Assembly (NCBI GenBank): GCA_963718615.1
Contig: OY970368.1
Coordinates: forward strand, 2,848,001 to 2,912,000
Reading direction: 5' to 3'
DNA from: an uncultured cyanobacterium
GTDB lineage: Bacteria; Cyanobacteriota; Cyanobacteriia; PCC-9006; JAAUQQ01
DNA length: 64,000 nucleotides
This document shows, in pieces, positions 51,959-61,629 of the stretch (its first letter is position 1; every line of letters begins with the position of its first letter). The notes below the pieces were generated by a model. It was not told the DNA's origin, did not search any database, and saw only the letters and a list, made by a program, of their open reading frames with translations. The translations under genes and the position numbers were made by a program.

Positions 51959-51989
51959 ATCTACTGTAGCAAGTAATAAAGGATTTTTC

Positions 51990-52832
51990 ATGAGCCACAT
52001 CACCCTCCCAGCTTCCCCCCAGCGATCGCAGCTCCAGCTCGACTGGCCTTCTCTATTGTTTTTTATAGCGTTCCACACCCTGGCGCTGTTGTCTGTATTC
52101 TGTTTTTCTTGGTCGGCGCTGGGCGTGATGGTCTTGCTCCACTGGCTGTTTGGCAGTATTGGCATTTGCTTGGGCTATCACCGCTTGCTTTCGCACCGCA
52201 GTTTGCAGGTGCCGCGCTGGTTGGAGTATGTTCTCGCCACGATCGGGGCCATGGCGCTGCAAGGGGGTCCAATTTTTTGGGTGGGTGGCCATCGTCAACA
52301 CCATGCGTTTACAGAGGATTTGGAAAAAGATCCCTATTCTGCCCGTAAAGGATTCTGGTGGAGCCATTTTCTCTGGTTGCTCTACCATCAAGAACCGTTC
52401 TTTGATCGGGAGACCTACTTCAAATACGCACCGGATCTGGCTCGCGATCGCTACTATCAATGGCTCGATCGCAACTTTCTCCTCCTGCAAGTGCCGGTTG
52501 CAATTGTGCTTTATGGGATTGGCGGATGGTCCTTCGTCATCTACGGTTTATTCCTGCGGGCGGTGTTGCTCTGGCATTCTACTTGGTTGATTAATTCTGC
52601 CTCCCATATGTATGGTTACCGCACCCATGAGTGTAATGATTCGTCCCGAAATCTTTGGTGGGCGGCGATCTTGACCTATGGCGAAGGTTGGCACAACAAC
52701 CACCATGCTTATCCGAAGGTGGCAAAGGCCGGTTGGAAATGGTGGGAAGTGGATGTGACCTGGTGGGCGATTAAGGTTTTGGAAACAGTGGGTTTGGCGA
52801 AACGCGTGATCCTCCCGCCGACGCTTTCCTAG
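51990..52832 (+). CDS. desC: Acyl-lipid delta-9 desaturase (DesC type)
   Basis: His boxes HRLLSH, HRQHH and HNNHH; INSASH; GEGWHNNHH; AAGGA upstream of ATG 51990. Confidence 0.88.
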   Translation: MSHITLPASPQRSQLQLDWPSLLFFIAFHTLALLSVFCFSWSALGVMVLLHWLFGSIGICLGYHRLLSHRSLQVPRWLEYVLATIGAMALQGGPIFWVGGHRQHHAFTEDLEKDPYSARKGFWWSHFLWLLYHQEPFFDRETYFKYAPDLARDRYYQWLDRNFLLLQVPVAIVLYGIGGWSFVIYGLFLRAVLLWHSTWLINSASHMYGYRTHECNDSSRNLWWAAILTYGEGWHNNHHAYPKVAKAGWKWWEVDVTWWAIKVLETVGLAKRVILPPTLS

Positions 52833-52839
52833 GTGTTTT

Positions 52840-53214
52840 CTAATTCAGAGTTTCAGAGGGACTTTGCTGGGCAGAGTCCCTTTTCTTTGCCTGTACCTCG
52901 GGCGATAATGTCGGCGGAGGCAGTGGCTGAGCATAGTTGATCCGAGCATCATAATGCGCCCGTCCCATCAACTCCAAAAACACTGCCTGCAACGCTAACG
53001 TAACCGATTCTTTAAGCTTCAGCGGGATGACCACTGTTGGTATCTCGTCCTGAATCGAAAAACTGTAAAGCTCTGCCTCAGGCCGCTGCTCACTTCGGCT
53101 GACCACTACAGAGTAATCCTTGATGGTTCCCCCCGCCCAAGGCATGGGTCGATTTGCCCTCAACAAATCAATCTCAACTAGATACGGATCCATACCCGGA
53201 AAGGGAGACGCCAT
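52840..53214 (-). pseudogene. DUF4058 family gene with an in-frame internal deletion
   Basis: The N-terminal signature MASPFPGMDPYL is joined directly to the C-terminal-half motif VEIDLLR; ends YDARINY..PLPPP. Confidence 0.7.
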
Positions 53215-53470
53215 AGGACTAAACGAGCTGAGATAGTTGCTTTTATCATATCGTCTGCCACTGCGATGATTTCACGGCAAGCGCTGCGCCTGGGACCATG
53301 GCGCTTTAGTCAACGCTGAAAAATTTTTGGCCCCCGTTGAATAAAATTTTGGTTTCCAACCCATAAATTCATAGCAAAGGAAACACAGCTAACCGATAAC
53401 ACCAGATGGGTTGTTCCCTTTGCTAGAGCATCTACTAACTAGAGCATCTACCCAGATAAGGAGAACGATC

Positions 53471-54049
53471 ATGACATACATCACTGGTACTTACGGAGCC
53501 GACAGCCTTTTTGGAACCAACAACAACGACACAATCTATGGCTACGGCGGCAATGATTATCTCTACGGCGGCAATGGCAATGATTTCCTCGACAGTGGGA
53601 GCCCGAGCAGCTATTACTACGGCAATGCGACCCTAAGTGGTGGTGCTGGGAATGACACACTCATCGGTGGCAATGGCAATGACCTATTACTCGGTGGCAG
53701 TGGGGATGACACAATTTATGGTGGTGCAGGGAATGACCGCATCGATGGTTATGCAACCTCTGGTGTTGAATATGATACACTCACCGGCGGTACTGGTAGT
53801 GATACCTTTGTCCTGGGTGGTGCTTGGGGAGTGTCTTACGCCGATTGGGGATACGCCACCATCACAGATTGGGATTACACTCAAGACTTCGTTGAATTGG
53901 TGGGGAGTGCTTCTCAATACTCCTTGGGCTACAGCGATTTCAATTCCAATGGGTTCCAAGATACGCAACTTTACTATCAAGGCAATTTGATCGCCGTTTT
54001 CCAAGACACAACCAATGTGAATCTTTATCGTGATGCGATCTTTGTCTAA
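53471..54049 (+). CDS. Small RTX (hemolysin-type) calcium-binding protein
   Basis: Repeated GGxGxD nonapeptides (GYGGND, GGNGND, GGAGND, GGSGDD, GGTGSD); AGGAG upstream of ATG 53471. Confidence 0.88.
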   Translation: MTYITGTYGADSLFGTNNNDTIYGYGGNDYLYGGNGNDFLDSGSPSSYYYGNATLSGGAGNDTLIGGNGNDLLLGGSGDDTIYGGAGNDRIDGYATSGVEYDTLTGGTGSDTFVLGGAWGVSYADWGYATITDWDYTQDFVELVGSASQYSLGYSDFNSNGFQDTQLYYQGNLIAVFQDTTNVNLYRDAIFV

Positions 54050-54163
54050 TGCATCTAATGTGCCCTAGCACCTAGACCCCTTAGCCTCCGGAAATGTCCA
54101 AACGCTTTGTCTACAATCCTCAGACGCTCCTCCCCCATCGGGTGGGGCGTTTGATTTGATTTG

Positions 54164-56146
54164 CTAAATAACGCGATCGCTCCCCCCATCAATCGGTACC
54201 TGCGCGCCCGTCGTTTTCGCAAAGGTCTGACCCGCCATCGCCGCCACCATCCGGGCCACTTCTGGAGACGTCACTTCCGTTTTGAGCAGATTACGAGTTT
54301 TGTAAGCCTCTACCGTCAGTCCATAGCGGGCCGCGCGGTTGGCTAGAACGGCTTCGCTCCAGATTCCTGTGTCATAGACACAATCGGGATGGACCATATT
54401 GACCCGAATGCCAAAGGGAGCCAGCTCTAAGGCTGCGATGCGTGCCAGTTGCGTGAGTCCCGCCTTGGCGACGGAATAGGCAGCGGCTCCCGGACCAGGG
54501 GCGAGGACATTGCGGGTGGCGATAATCACGATCGCGGGCTCCAGTCCCTGTTTCAACACCGGAATACAGGCTTGTAGCAGGCGCTGATGACTGGTGAGGT
54601 TGATGGCCAAACTCTGCTCCCAGATATCGGGGGCGATCGCCTCAATCGGTTGGCCATGGGGAAAAATCCCGGCGTTAGACACCAAAATATCGAGGCCCCC
54701 AAACCGGCGAACGGCCTCCGTCACAGCCTGCTGAAGCGCCTGGGTATCGGTGACATCGCCTTGTATGCCCAGGAAATCGGGTTGGTCCATGGCGTTGGTG
54801 ATCTCTGGATTGAGATCCAATCCCACGACGGCAGCCCCCAGGGCGCGCAAATGCACCGCACAGGCTCGCCCAATGCCGCTAGCCGCTCCGGTGACGAGGG
54901 CCACTTTTCCTTGAAATTCCGGCTCAGCTTTGGTCTTTCCCAGCTTGGCCTGTTCCAGTTCCCAATATTCCATGTCGAACAGATCCTGCTCCGGTAAAGC
55001 CGTCCAGCCCCCTAGGGCTTCACCCCCCTGAATGGCGCGCAGGGTGTGTTCCACAATGTCGGTGGTGATCTGAGCCGATTGAAGGGTGCGATCGAAACTC
55101 AGCGTGCCATAACCGGGCCACACCGCCCAGCGAGGGGCTGGATCCAAGCAGGTCAAGGCGTCACCGGATTTGCGGCTACAATTGCGGTCAAAATAGGCCT
55201 GATATTGATCAGCATAGGCGTGAATCTCGCGCTCCGGTGCTTCGCCGAGAATTACGGGAATTGGCTTGGTGCGGATGACATGATCAGGGGTGATGGGGCC
55301 TCGGGTGGCGATCGCCCCAACATTCCCTAGCTTCGAAAAGCCCACCGCCTCAGGGCTCTGATTCAGTTGAGCCAACATCGGTTTGCCCCGCACCTGGGAG
55401 AGGGTTTTGCGGATGGTGGCCAGGGTGACCCAATCAGGGTCGGTGGCAGGGGCCGTTGCGGCAATTCCCATCCCTTCAGCGGCGAGATAAGCTTCGGCTT
55501 GACTGACCCAGTGGATCATCTGGCCATAGGCATCCCGAGCCTCGTTGGCAAAGGTGAAAATGCCGTGGTTCATGAGGATCATGCCGTCGTAGTTAGCCCA
55601 GTCGAGATCGTGGGTCATTTCCCAGATTTTGCGAGCGAGGACGAAACCGGGCATGACGTAGGGGATGAGGAGGAGGCGATCGCCATACAACTCCCGAATC
55701 CGATCTGCTCCATTCGGCGCATTAGTGATGGTCACCACCGCATCCGCATGGGTGTGATCCACATAGGCAAAGGGGATAATAGCGTGCAAAATCGCTTCCA
55801 CGGAGGGGTTGGGGGCGTGGGGGTCGAGCATCGCCGCCCGTTGCTGGGTCACCATGTCGGCATCGCTGAGCTGTTCTCGCTGGGCCAATCGCTGCAACAC
55901 CTTTAGCCGCACCGGGGCAAATCCAGGGGCTTCGATGGTGGCCAGGTCCCAGCCGCTGCCTTTGACGTAGAGAACTTCTTCCGGATCACCAAAAAAATTA
56001 GGGACAGTGGCTTTAACGGAGGTATTACCGCCACCATGGAGGACTAAATCGGGTTCCTGACCCAGGAGGCGTGAACTGTAGACGCGCATGGCCAATGGAT
56101 CGTTGACCCATGTCTGGGCAACCGTGTCATCCCATCGGTTTTTCAT
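54164..56146 (-). CDS. Bifunctional class II aldolase / short-chain dehydrogenase (RhaD/RhaEW-like)
   Basis: LVLHGGGNTSVK, PSVEAILHA..DHTHAD, TPDHVIRTK, EYWELEQAKL, TGAASGIG, YSVAK; AGGAGG upstream of ATG 56146. Confidence 0.9.
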   Translation of the reverse strand: MKNRWDDTVAQTWVNDPLAMRVYSSRLLGQEPDLVLHGGGNTSVKATVPNFFGDPEEVLYVKGSGWDLATIEAPGFAPVRLKVLQRLAQREQLSDADMVTQQRAAMLDPHAPNPSVEAILHAIIPFAYVDHTHADAVVTITNAPNGADRIRELYGDRLLLIPYVMPGFVLARKIWEMTHDLDWANYDGMILMNHGIFTFANEARDAYGQMIHWVSQAEAYLAAEGMGIAATAPATDPDWVTLATIRKTLSQVRGKPMLAQLNQSPEAVGFSKLGNVGAIATRGPITPDHVIRTKPIPVILGEAPEREIHAYADQYQAYFDRNCSRKSGDALTCLDPAPRWAVWPGYGTLSFDRTLQSAQITTDIVEHTLRAIQGGEALGGWTALPEQDLFDMEYWELEQAKLGKTKAEPEFQGKVALVTGAASGIGRACAVHLRALGAAVVGLDLNPEITNAMDQPDFLGIQGDVTDTQALQQAVTEAVRRFGGLDILVSNAGIFPHGQPIEAIAPDIWEQSLAINLTSHQRLLQACIPVLKQGLEPAIVIIATRNVLAPGPGAAAYSVAKAGLTQLARIAALELAPFGIRVNMVHPDCVYDTGIWSEAVLANRAARYGLTVEAYKTRNLLKTEVTSPEVARMVAAMAGQTFAKTTGAQVPIDGGSDRVI

Positions 56147-56193
56147 GGTTGTCTCCCTCCTGTTATGAATGCTCAAATATTAATGTTCAACTA

Positions 56194-56853
56194 TTAATGC
56201 TCGAATACGTTGCCAAACTGCTGCAAATCCAGCTCCACAATCGTCGGTAAACAGGCAAAACAGTGCTGCGCCAACGTCCAGCGCTCCTCCCGCTCTAGCA
56301 TTTGGGTTAGGGTTTGACAGACCTCGATCAAATAGCGCACATCATTGGCCGCATAGGCTAACTGCTCCTGGGTCAAGGCCATGACGTTGCCCCAGTCGGA
56401 GCATTGGGAAGATTTGTCGAGTTCTACCCCAACCAACTCCTGCACCACTGCCTTGAGGCCATGGCTGCTGGTATAGGTGCGGGCTAATTTACTGGCAATT
56501 TTGGTGCAAAAGACCGGGCTAACCGTAATGTCGAGATGATATTTGAGGGCTGCGATATCAAACCGGGCAAAGTGGAAAATCTTGGTAATTTCTGGGGCTT
56601 CCATCAGCCGTTTGAGATTGGGGGCTGCCGTTTGGCCCCGCTCAATTCGCAGGGCTGAGGCTCGCCCCGATGGGTCGCAGAGCTGGACCAAGCATAGGCG
56701 ATCGCGATGGGGATTGAGTCCCATGGTTTCGGTGTCCACGGCGATCGCCTTGGCCTGGAGATAGTGAGCTAACAGGGGGTCGGAGAGATCGCGATCGCAA
56801 AGCTCAAATTTTTCCAAAGCCATATCTTCCAAAGCCATATCTTCCAAAACCAT
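56194..56853 (-). CDS. rnd: Ribonuclease D-like 3'-5' exonuclease
   Basis: AVDTETMGL..DRLCLVQL, KIFHFARFD, QLAYAANDV (DEDDy). Confidence 0.88.
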   Translation of the reverse strand: MVLEDMALEDMALEKFELCDRDLSDPLLAHYLQAKAIAVDTETMGLNPHRDRLCLVQLCDPSGRASALRIERGQTAAPNLKRLMEAPEITKIFHFARFDIAALKYHLDITVSPVFCTKIASKLARTYTSSHGLKAVVQELVGVELDKSSQCSDWGNVMALTQEQLAYAANDVRYLIEVCQTLTQMLEREERWTLAQHCFACLPTIVELDLQQFGNVFEH

Positions 56854-56891
56854 GGCACTAGTCTAGAACAGCGTTCAGGGCAGTCTTTCCA

Positions 56892-57863
56892 TCATAGGGG
56901 TTGATGCTCCTGCCGGAGGCGAATGATCTGCTCGGCTTGAGCCCGTTGGTGCACTGCACGGACGTAGGTATTGATATTGTGGTTTTCCACCGCAGACAGA
57001 TCCCAGTCAAACAAGTCACTCAGAGTCACCTTAAAACCATCTAGAAGTCGTGACCCAGCGGAGGAGCGTAGCTGCAGCTGTCCTTTGCCATTGAAGTAAT
57101 AAAGCTGACCCACATGGGCATAGGATAACCAGCGCGGCGGTAGGCTGGGAATTGGATCGTTCTTGTTAATAATACGAAGGGTTCGGAAGCCAAAATGGGT
57201 ATTAAAACAACGGGCAAATTGGCGATCGCCCACCCGAGGAGAGCCAAAGGTATAGAGACCGTTTAACTGCTCATCCTGTTCGTAAAAATGCGCTGCTGTC
57301 AGTGTTGCCAAGGCTCCGCCTAAACTATGCCCCGTGAACCAAACCGCCGGATGATGACCTCGCCACCGGGCTTGGGCTTTGAGGCAGCAAATACTGAGCC
57401 GAATATCTTCCCAAGTTTGGCCCAGGATTTGGAGAAAACCTTCGTGGGTTTTTCCCCTCAAGGGGCCTTGCACTAAGTCCAAATTGAGGTTTTTGATCCA
57501 ATCCTGGGGATCGTCTGAGCCTCGAAAGGCCACAATAATAGCTTGATCATGGGCCAATAAAATGGCCTCGGTACAGCCCATGGGAAAGACTTCTAGGGTC
57601 GTGAAGCCCCAGCTCTTGAGGGCGATGGATTGAATGACCCGTGGGGAGCAGTAGGTGAGTTCTGCAATTTTCGCGAGGGCCAAGGCTGTTTCGGACTGAT
57701 ACTGTCGACTCTGACAATGAAATTTGAAGGTGCTATGGGGAAAGGGATTGGAATAGAAATGATTTAAGTCACAAGCTGTCGCCGATGAGGTTGCGGTTGC
57801 GGCTGCTGTTGAACGGGTTGAACGAGTTGTTGAAATTAGAAAATTGCCCATTGAATTGCCCAT
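56892..57863 (-). CDS. Lipase class 3 family protein
   Basis: IVAFRGS, THEGF, nucleophile elbow FTGHSLGGALA, TFGSPRVG, DPIPSLP. Confidence 0.92.
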   Translation of the reverse strand: MGNSMGNFLISTTRSTRSTAAATATSSATACDLNHFYSNPFPHSTFKFHCQSRQYQSETALALAKIAELTYCSPRVIQSIALKSWGFTTLEVFPMGCTEAILLAHDQAIIVAFRGSDDPQDWIKNLNLDLVQGPLRGKTHEGFLQILGQTWEDIRLSICCLKAQARWRGHHPAVWFTGHSLGGALATLTAAHFYEQDEQLNGLYTFGSPRVGDRQFARCFNTHFGFRTLRIINKNDPIPSLPPRWLSYAHVGQLYYFNGKGQLQLRSSAGSRLLDGFKVTLSDLFDWDLSAVENHNINTYVRAVHQRAQAEQIIRLRQEHQPL

Positions 57864-58000
57864 TGCGCCATCTTGTAAAGCAGGCGCGTCTATTATTAGT
57901 AGCCAATTTCTAAATCAGCTTCCGTGCTTTTACAGAGGAGTCAACCCTAAATTAAAAAGGGCAGCCCCATCGCCACCCCTAAAACTGACCAAAATTGAGC

Positions 58001-59455
58001 TTACACCTGTTCAAAAGCCCCGCTACGCCTTGGATCACCCATGCCCCTAAGCTCACCCGTGGCCAACCGCTGAACCGTGTGAACCCCACCAAAAAACATG
58101 TTGGTGTCAGACCAAGCAAGGGTTGTTTCCCCTGGGTTTACGCAGGCTTGAATTCGCGCATTCACGAAGCCTGGTTCCCAATTTAAACGCCCCTCTTCCC
58201 AATGGAGGCGGGGTGCGCTAACCGCTTCTAGGAGAGGAAGCTGAAAGTCCAAAAGATTACAAAGCACCTGCAAAATGGCCGTGCGAATGCGATTGGACCC
58301 CCCAGAACCGAGCGCCCATACCGGTTGCCCCTCTCGCAGCACTAAGGTCGGAGCCATCATGGATGAAAGCCGCTGATTCGGTTGCCATTGATGAAATCCT
58401 TGGGGATTGAGATCGGCTTCGCCCAGCATATTGTTGAGCATGACGCCGGTACCGGGAACGAGATAACCACAGCCTTCGCCATTGGAAGAGGTGACACTCG
58501 CTGCATTGCCTTCGCGATCGATGACGCTGATATGGGTTGTACTGCCAAGCTTGTTCAGATACCCCTTTTCCCGCGCGAGATTGGTTTGTCGCATAGCCTC
58601 AACCAGCGTGGTCAAATGCTGAGTCGTGCCAAACTGCGGTCCTAAATCCATCTCCGCCAGCAGCTCCAGCGATAGGGCAATCAGGGCACCACCGGCACTG
58701 GGAAGCGGATTGGTAAGCAAGGTATGGCCTCGATACTGAAAGCTGAGGGGCGATCGCTCAATCACCCGATATTGGCTCAAATCCGCCGCCGTCAACCCAC
58801 CTCCTTGGGCCTGACTATCCCGAATCAGTTGTTGCGCAAACTCACCGTGATAAAACCAATCGGGACCGGCTTGACACAACTGGGTTAGGGTTTCTGCTAG
58901 GTGAGGAAGATAGAGGCGATCGCCCATCCCTAACCCCTTTCCCTGGGGTTGATAAATCTCCCGTCCCGCTGCAGTCAGGGCCAAAATGGGCTGGAGAATT
59001 TTGATACAGTAAGCCTGAAAATCATTGAGCTCCACACCGGATTGGGCCAGGGCGATGGCCGGACCAAAGACCACCTCTCGGGGCAAACGACCCAGGCGAT
59101 CGTGGACCTGAAACATGCCGGCGACGGTACCAGGCACCGCGATGGAGCCGAGCCCCACATGAAATTCCTGAACCGCATCCCCAAAGTTAACGTGAATGGG
59201 ATAAAAATCGAGCTGCGAGGCGGGTAAAACCTGGCTGGGGGTCTGTGAGAAAAAGTCAAACAGAACCGGCTCCCCTTGGGCAGGATGGGCCAACAAAAAG
59301 CCGCCCCCTCCAAGGGAGGTGAGCATGGGCTCGGCCACGCAAGCCGCAAGGGTTGCAGCAACCGCCGCATCAAAGGCATTGCCTCCCGCTTCGAGTGCTG
59401 CACGACCGGCGGCAGCAGTGACAGGATGGCCTGTGGCGATCGCACCTTGTGTCAT
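58001..59455 (-). CDS. ggt: Gamma-glutamyltransferase
   Basis: GGNAFDAAVA, GGGGFLL, catalytic STTHISVID, SSMMAPT, GSGGSNRI, GDPRRSG. Confidence 0.92.
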   Translation of the reverse strand: MTQGAIATGHPVTAAAGRAALEAGGNAFDAAVAATLAACVAEPMLTSLGGGGFLLAHPAQGEPVLFDFFSQTPSQVLPASQLDFYPIHVNFGDAVQEFHVGLGSIAVPGTVAGMFQVHDRLGRLPREVVFGPAIALAQSGVELNDFQAYCIKILQPILALTAAGREIYQPQGKGLGMGDRLYLPHLAETLTQLCQAGPDWFYHGEFAQQLIRDSQAQGGGLTAADLSQYRVIERSPLSFQYRGHTLLTNPLPSAGGALIALSLELLAEMDLGPQFGTTQHLTTLVEAMRQTNLAREKGYLNKLGSTTHISVIDREGNAASVTSSNGEGCGYLVPGTGVMLNNMLGEADLNPQGFHQWQPNQRLSSMMAPTLVLREGQPVWALGSGGSNRIRTAILQVLCNLLDFQLPLLEAVSAPRLHWEEGRLNWEPGFVNARIQACVNPGETTLAWSDTNMFFGGVHTVQRLATGELRGMGDPRRSGAFEQV

Positions 59456-59597
59456 AGTTTTCAACTAGAGATCAGTAATATCCGCTGACTAGCACGGTGA
59501 TGAAGTCAGAACAACGTTTCTAGGATACTTTTTTCGACCTAATCTCCGTGGGAGGATCGTCCCACAACAGCTTTCCATCACTTTTTGGCGTTTTCAG

Positions 59598-60083
59598 ATG
59601 ACCACGATTACGGATCTCACCGTTACCACCATCGCGGGTGAAGCACAAGCCCTAGCAGACTATGTTGGGAAAGTCTTGCTGATTGTCAACGTTGCCTCCT
59701 ACTGCGGCTACACCAGCCAGTATCGCGGCTTAGAAAATCTCTATCAAAAGTACAAAGACCAGGGGTTCGAGATTCTGGCTTTTCCCTGCAATGATTTTGG
59801 AGCCCAAGAGCCGGGCAGTAATGAAGAAATTGCCCAGTTTTGTGAGACCCAATACGGCATTAGTTTCCCGATTTTTGATAAGCTGCATGCCAAAGGCCCT
59901 CAACAAGCGCCGCTCTACGCTAGATTAATTGAGTTTGGCCCTGAGGCAGGAGAAGCCGTTGGCTGGAATTTTGAAAAGTTCTTGATTAATAAACAGGGCG
60001 ATGTGATTGGCCGGTACAAAAGCAGTGTGACGCCCGATTCAGGTCAATTACAAGAAGCGATCGAACAGGCCTTGGCCCGGTAG
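59598..60083 (+). CDS. gpx: Glutathione peroxidase family (Cys-type)
   Basis: VNVASYCGYT, FPCNDFGAQEPG, WNFEKFL. Confidence 0.93.
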   Translation: MTTITDLTVTTIAGEAQALADYVGKVLLIVNVASYCGYTSQYRGLENLYQKYKDQGFEILAFPCNDFGAQEPGSNEEIAQFCETQYGISFPIFDKLHAKGPQQAPLYARLIEFGPEAGEAVGWNFEKFLINKQGDVIGRYKSSVTPDSGQLQEAIEQALAR

Positions 60084-60168
60084 CTCCAATGACTGTGGTT
60101 CTTTTGCACAAAATCCTTTTCAAAAAACCCTTTTCAAAAAACTCTTGTTCCAATTTTCATATAAAGAC

Positions 60169-60543
60169 TTAAAAAACCGGCAAAATCGTCTTCAAAAGAT
60201 TCAAAAGCTTGAGCTGAAATACAAGGGATTGTAATTCTGAATCAATTTCGAGGGGATGGATTTGGTTGTGTCTTAAAGCCTCTTCGAGCAGCGCGTATGC
60301 TTCCGGTGTCATCAGACTGCCGTCTAGGGGCGATCGCCCCTCCAAAATCATTTCTGTGCGCAATACTTCTTCTGGAACATCTTCCACAACTCCTTTCATG
60401 CCTTCTTCTGCCACTTCCTGAGGCTGGGGCAAGGTCTGGGCGACAGCGGCATTGCACAAAACCATTAGCTCAAAATAAATTATGCAGAAAGCTGCTGAGC
60501 CAAAACCCAGCAGCTTAAGGCCAATAGGTGGGCTAACCCCCAC
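60169..60543 (-). CDS. Conserved cyanobacterial hypothetical protein, probably exported
   Basis: Hydrophobic N-terminus followed by DVPEEVLRTEMILEGRSPLDG..YA.L. Confidence 0.65.
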   Translation of the reverse strand: MGVSPPIGLKLLGFGSAAFCIIYFELMVLCNAAVAQTLPQPQEVAEEGMKGVVEDVPEEVLRTEMILEGRSPLDGSLMTPEAYALLEEALRHNQIHPLEIDSELQSLVFQLKLLNLLKTILPVF

Positions 60544-60548
60544 GATGA

Positions 60549-60692
60549 CTAGGGCGTCGCTGCGGGGGGAGTTTCCTCAGCCGGAGGTGCGTCAGGAGCG
60601 GTGCTAGGGCTACTTCCACAGGCAACCACCGTGGTCGAGAACAGTGCTCCCAGACCTAACAGCAGCAGGGCACGAACGAGCTTCTGAGACAT
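60549..60692 (-). CDS. Small lipoprotein (47 aa)
   Basis: MSQKLVRALLLLGLGALFSTTVVAC lipobox then a Pro/Ala/Thr-rich tail; AAGGA upstream. Confidence 0.65.
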   Translation of the reverse strand: MSQKLVRALLLLGLGALFSTTVVACGSSPSTAPDAPPAEETPPAATP

Positions 60693-60814
60693 AGCTTCCT
60701 TATCTTTTGCGGTGAATAAAAATAGGTCCGCTAGGGATACATAATTGCACATCTTTCTAGAAAGCGTTTATTTAAAAAGACTGAACCTAATTCCATACTC
60801 CCCCAACAAACCGA

Positions 60815-61576
60815 TCACCCAATGGCTCCTGCCATGTCGGATCCCTGCTGACGATCCATTTCCGAGAGTCGACCATCTTCCATGTAAAGGATGCGATCGG
60901 CCACATCTAAAATTCGGTTGTCATGGGTGACTAGCAAAACCGCCGATCCCTGCTGGCGAGCCAGACGGCGCATAATTTCAACCACCTCCCGACCGGATTT
61001 TTTGTCGAGCGCTGCTGTGGGTTCGTCGGCCAGCACCACCTTGGGTTGACCCACGAGGGCGCGGGCGATCGCCACCCGCTGTTTTTGTCCCCCCGAAAGC
61101 TGATTGGGATAATTCTTAGCCCAGTCCCGCAGCCCAACGGCCTCTAGCATATCCAGGGAGCGCAGCTTTTTCTCCTTCGCAGTCAAATTGGGCTGAAGGT
61201 CCAGGGTCATCTGCACGTTCTGACAGGCCGTGAGCGCATTCAACAAGTTGTGGGCCTGGAAAATATAGCCAATATTGCGCCGCAGTTTGACCAACTGCCC
61301 TTGGCGGGCTTGGTAGAGCTCCTCACCCAGCAGCTTGAGACTGCCTTCATGGGTGGAGCGCAGCGCCCCAATCAGCGTCAGCAGGGTGGTTTTTCCCGAG
61401 CCAGAAGGCCCCATCAAAATGACAACTTCTCCGGGTTCTACCTTCGCTGTGACATCAAACAGTACCTGTTTGCGCAAGCGACCACTGCCAAAGTAATGAT
61501 TGACATGGTTAATGGCAATAATGGGTTCTGGGGTCGCGTTCAGCATGGGATCAGCAGTTGATGCGTACATAGTCAC
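60815..61576 (-). CDS. devA: DevA family ABC exporter ATP-binding protein
   Basis: GPSGSGKTT, IGYIFQAHNLL, LSGGQKQRVAIARAL, LADEPTAALD, VTHDNRILD. Confidence 0.92.
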   Translation of the reverse strand: MTMYASTADPMLNATPEPIIAINHVNHYFGSGRLRKQVLFDVTAKVEPGEVVILMGPSGSGKTTLLTLIGALRSTHEGSLKLLGEELYQARQGQLVKLRRNIGYIFQAHNLLNALTACQNVQMTLDLQPNLTAKEKKLRSLDMLEAVGLRDWAKNYPNQLSGGQKQRVAIARALVGQPKVVLADEPTAALDKKSGREVVEIMRRLARQQGSAVLLVTHDNRILDVADRILYMEDGRLSEMDRQQGSDMAGAIG

Positions 61577-61629
61577 TAATCATGGTTGCTCAAATCATGG
61601 TTACTCATCATATTTACTAATCAAAGTTG

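Noticed and set aside
59598-60083. Selenocysteine glutathione peroxidase
   Set aside because: The active-site codon is TGC (Cys) and there is no in-frame TGA.
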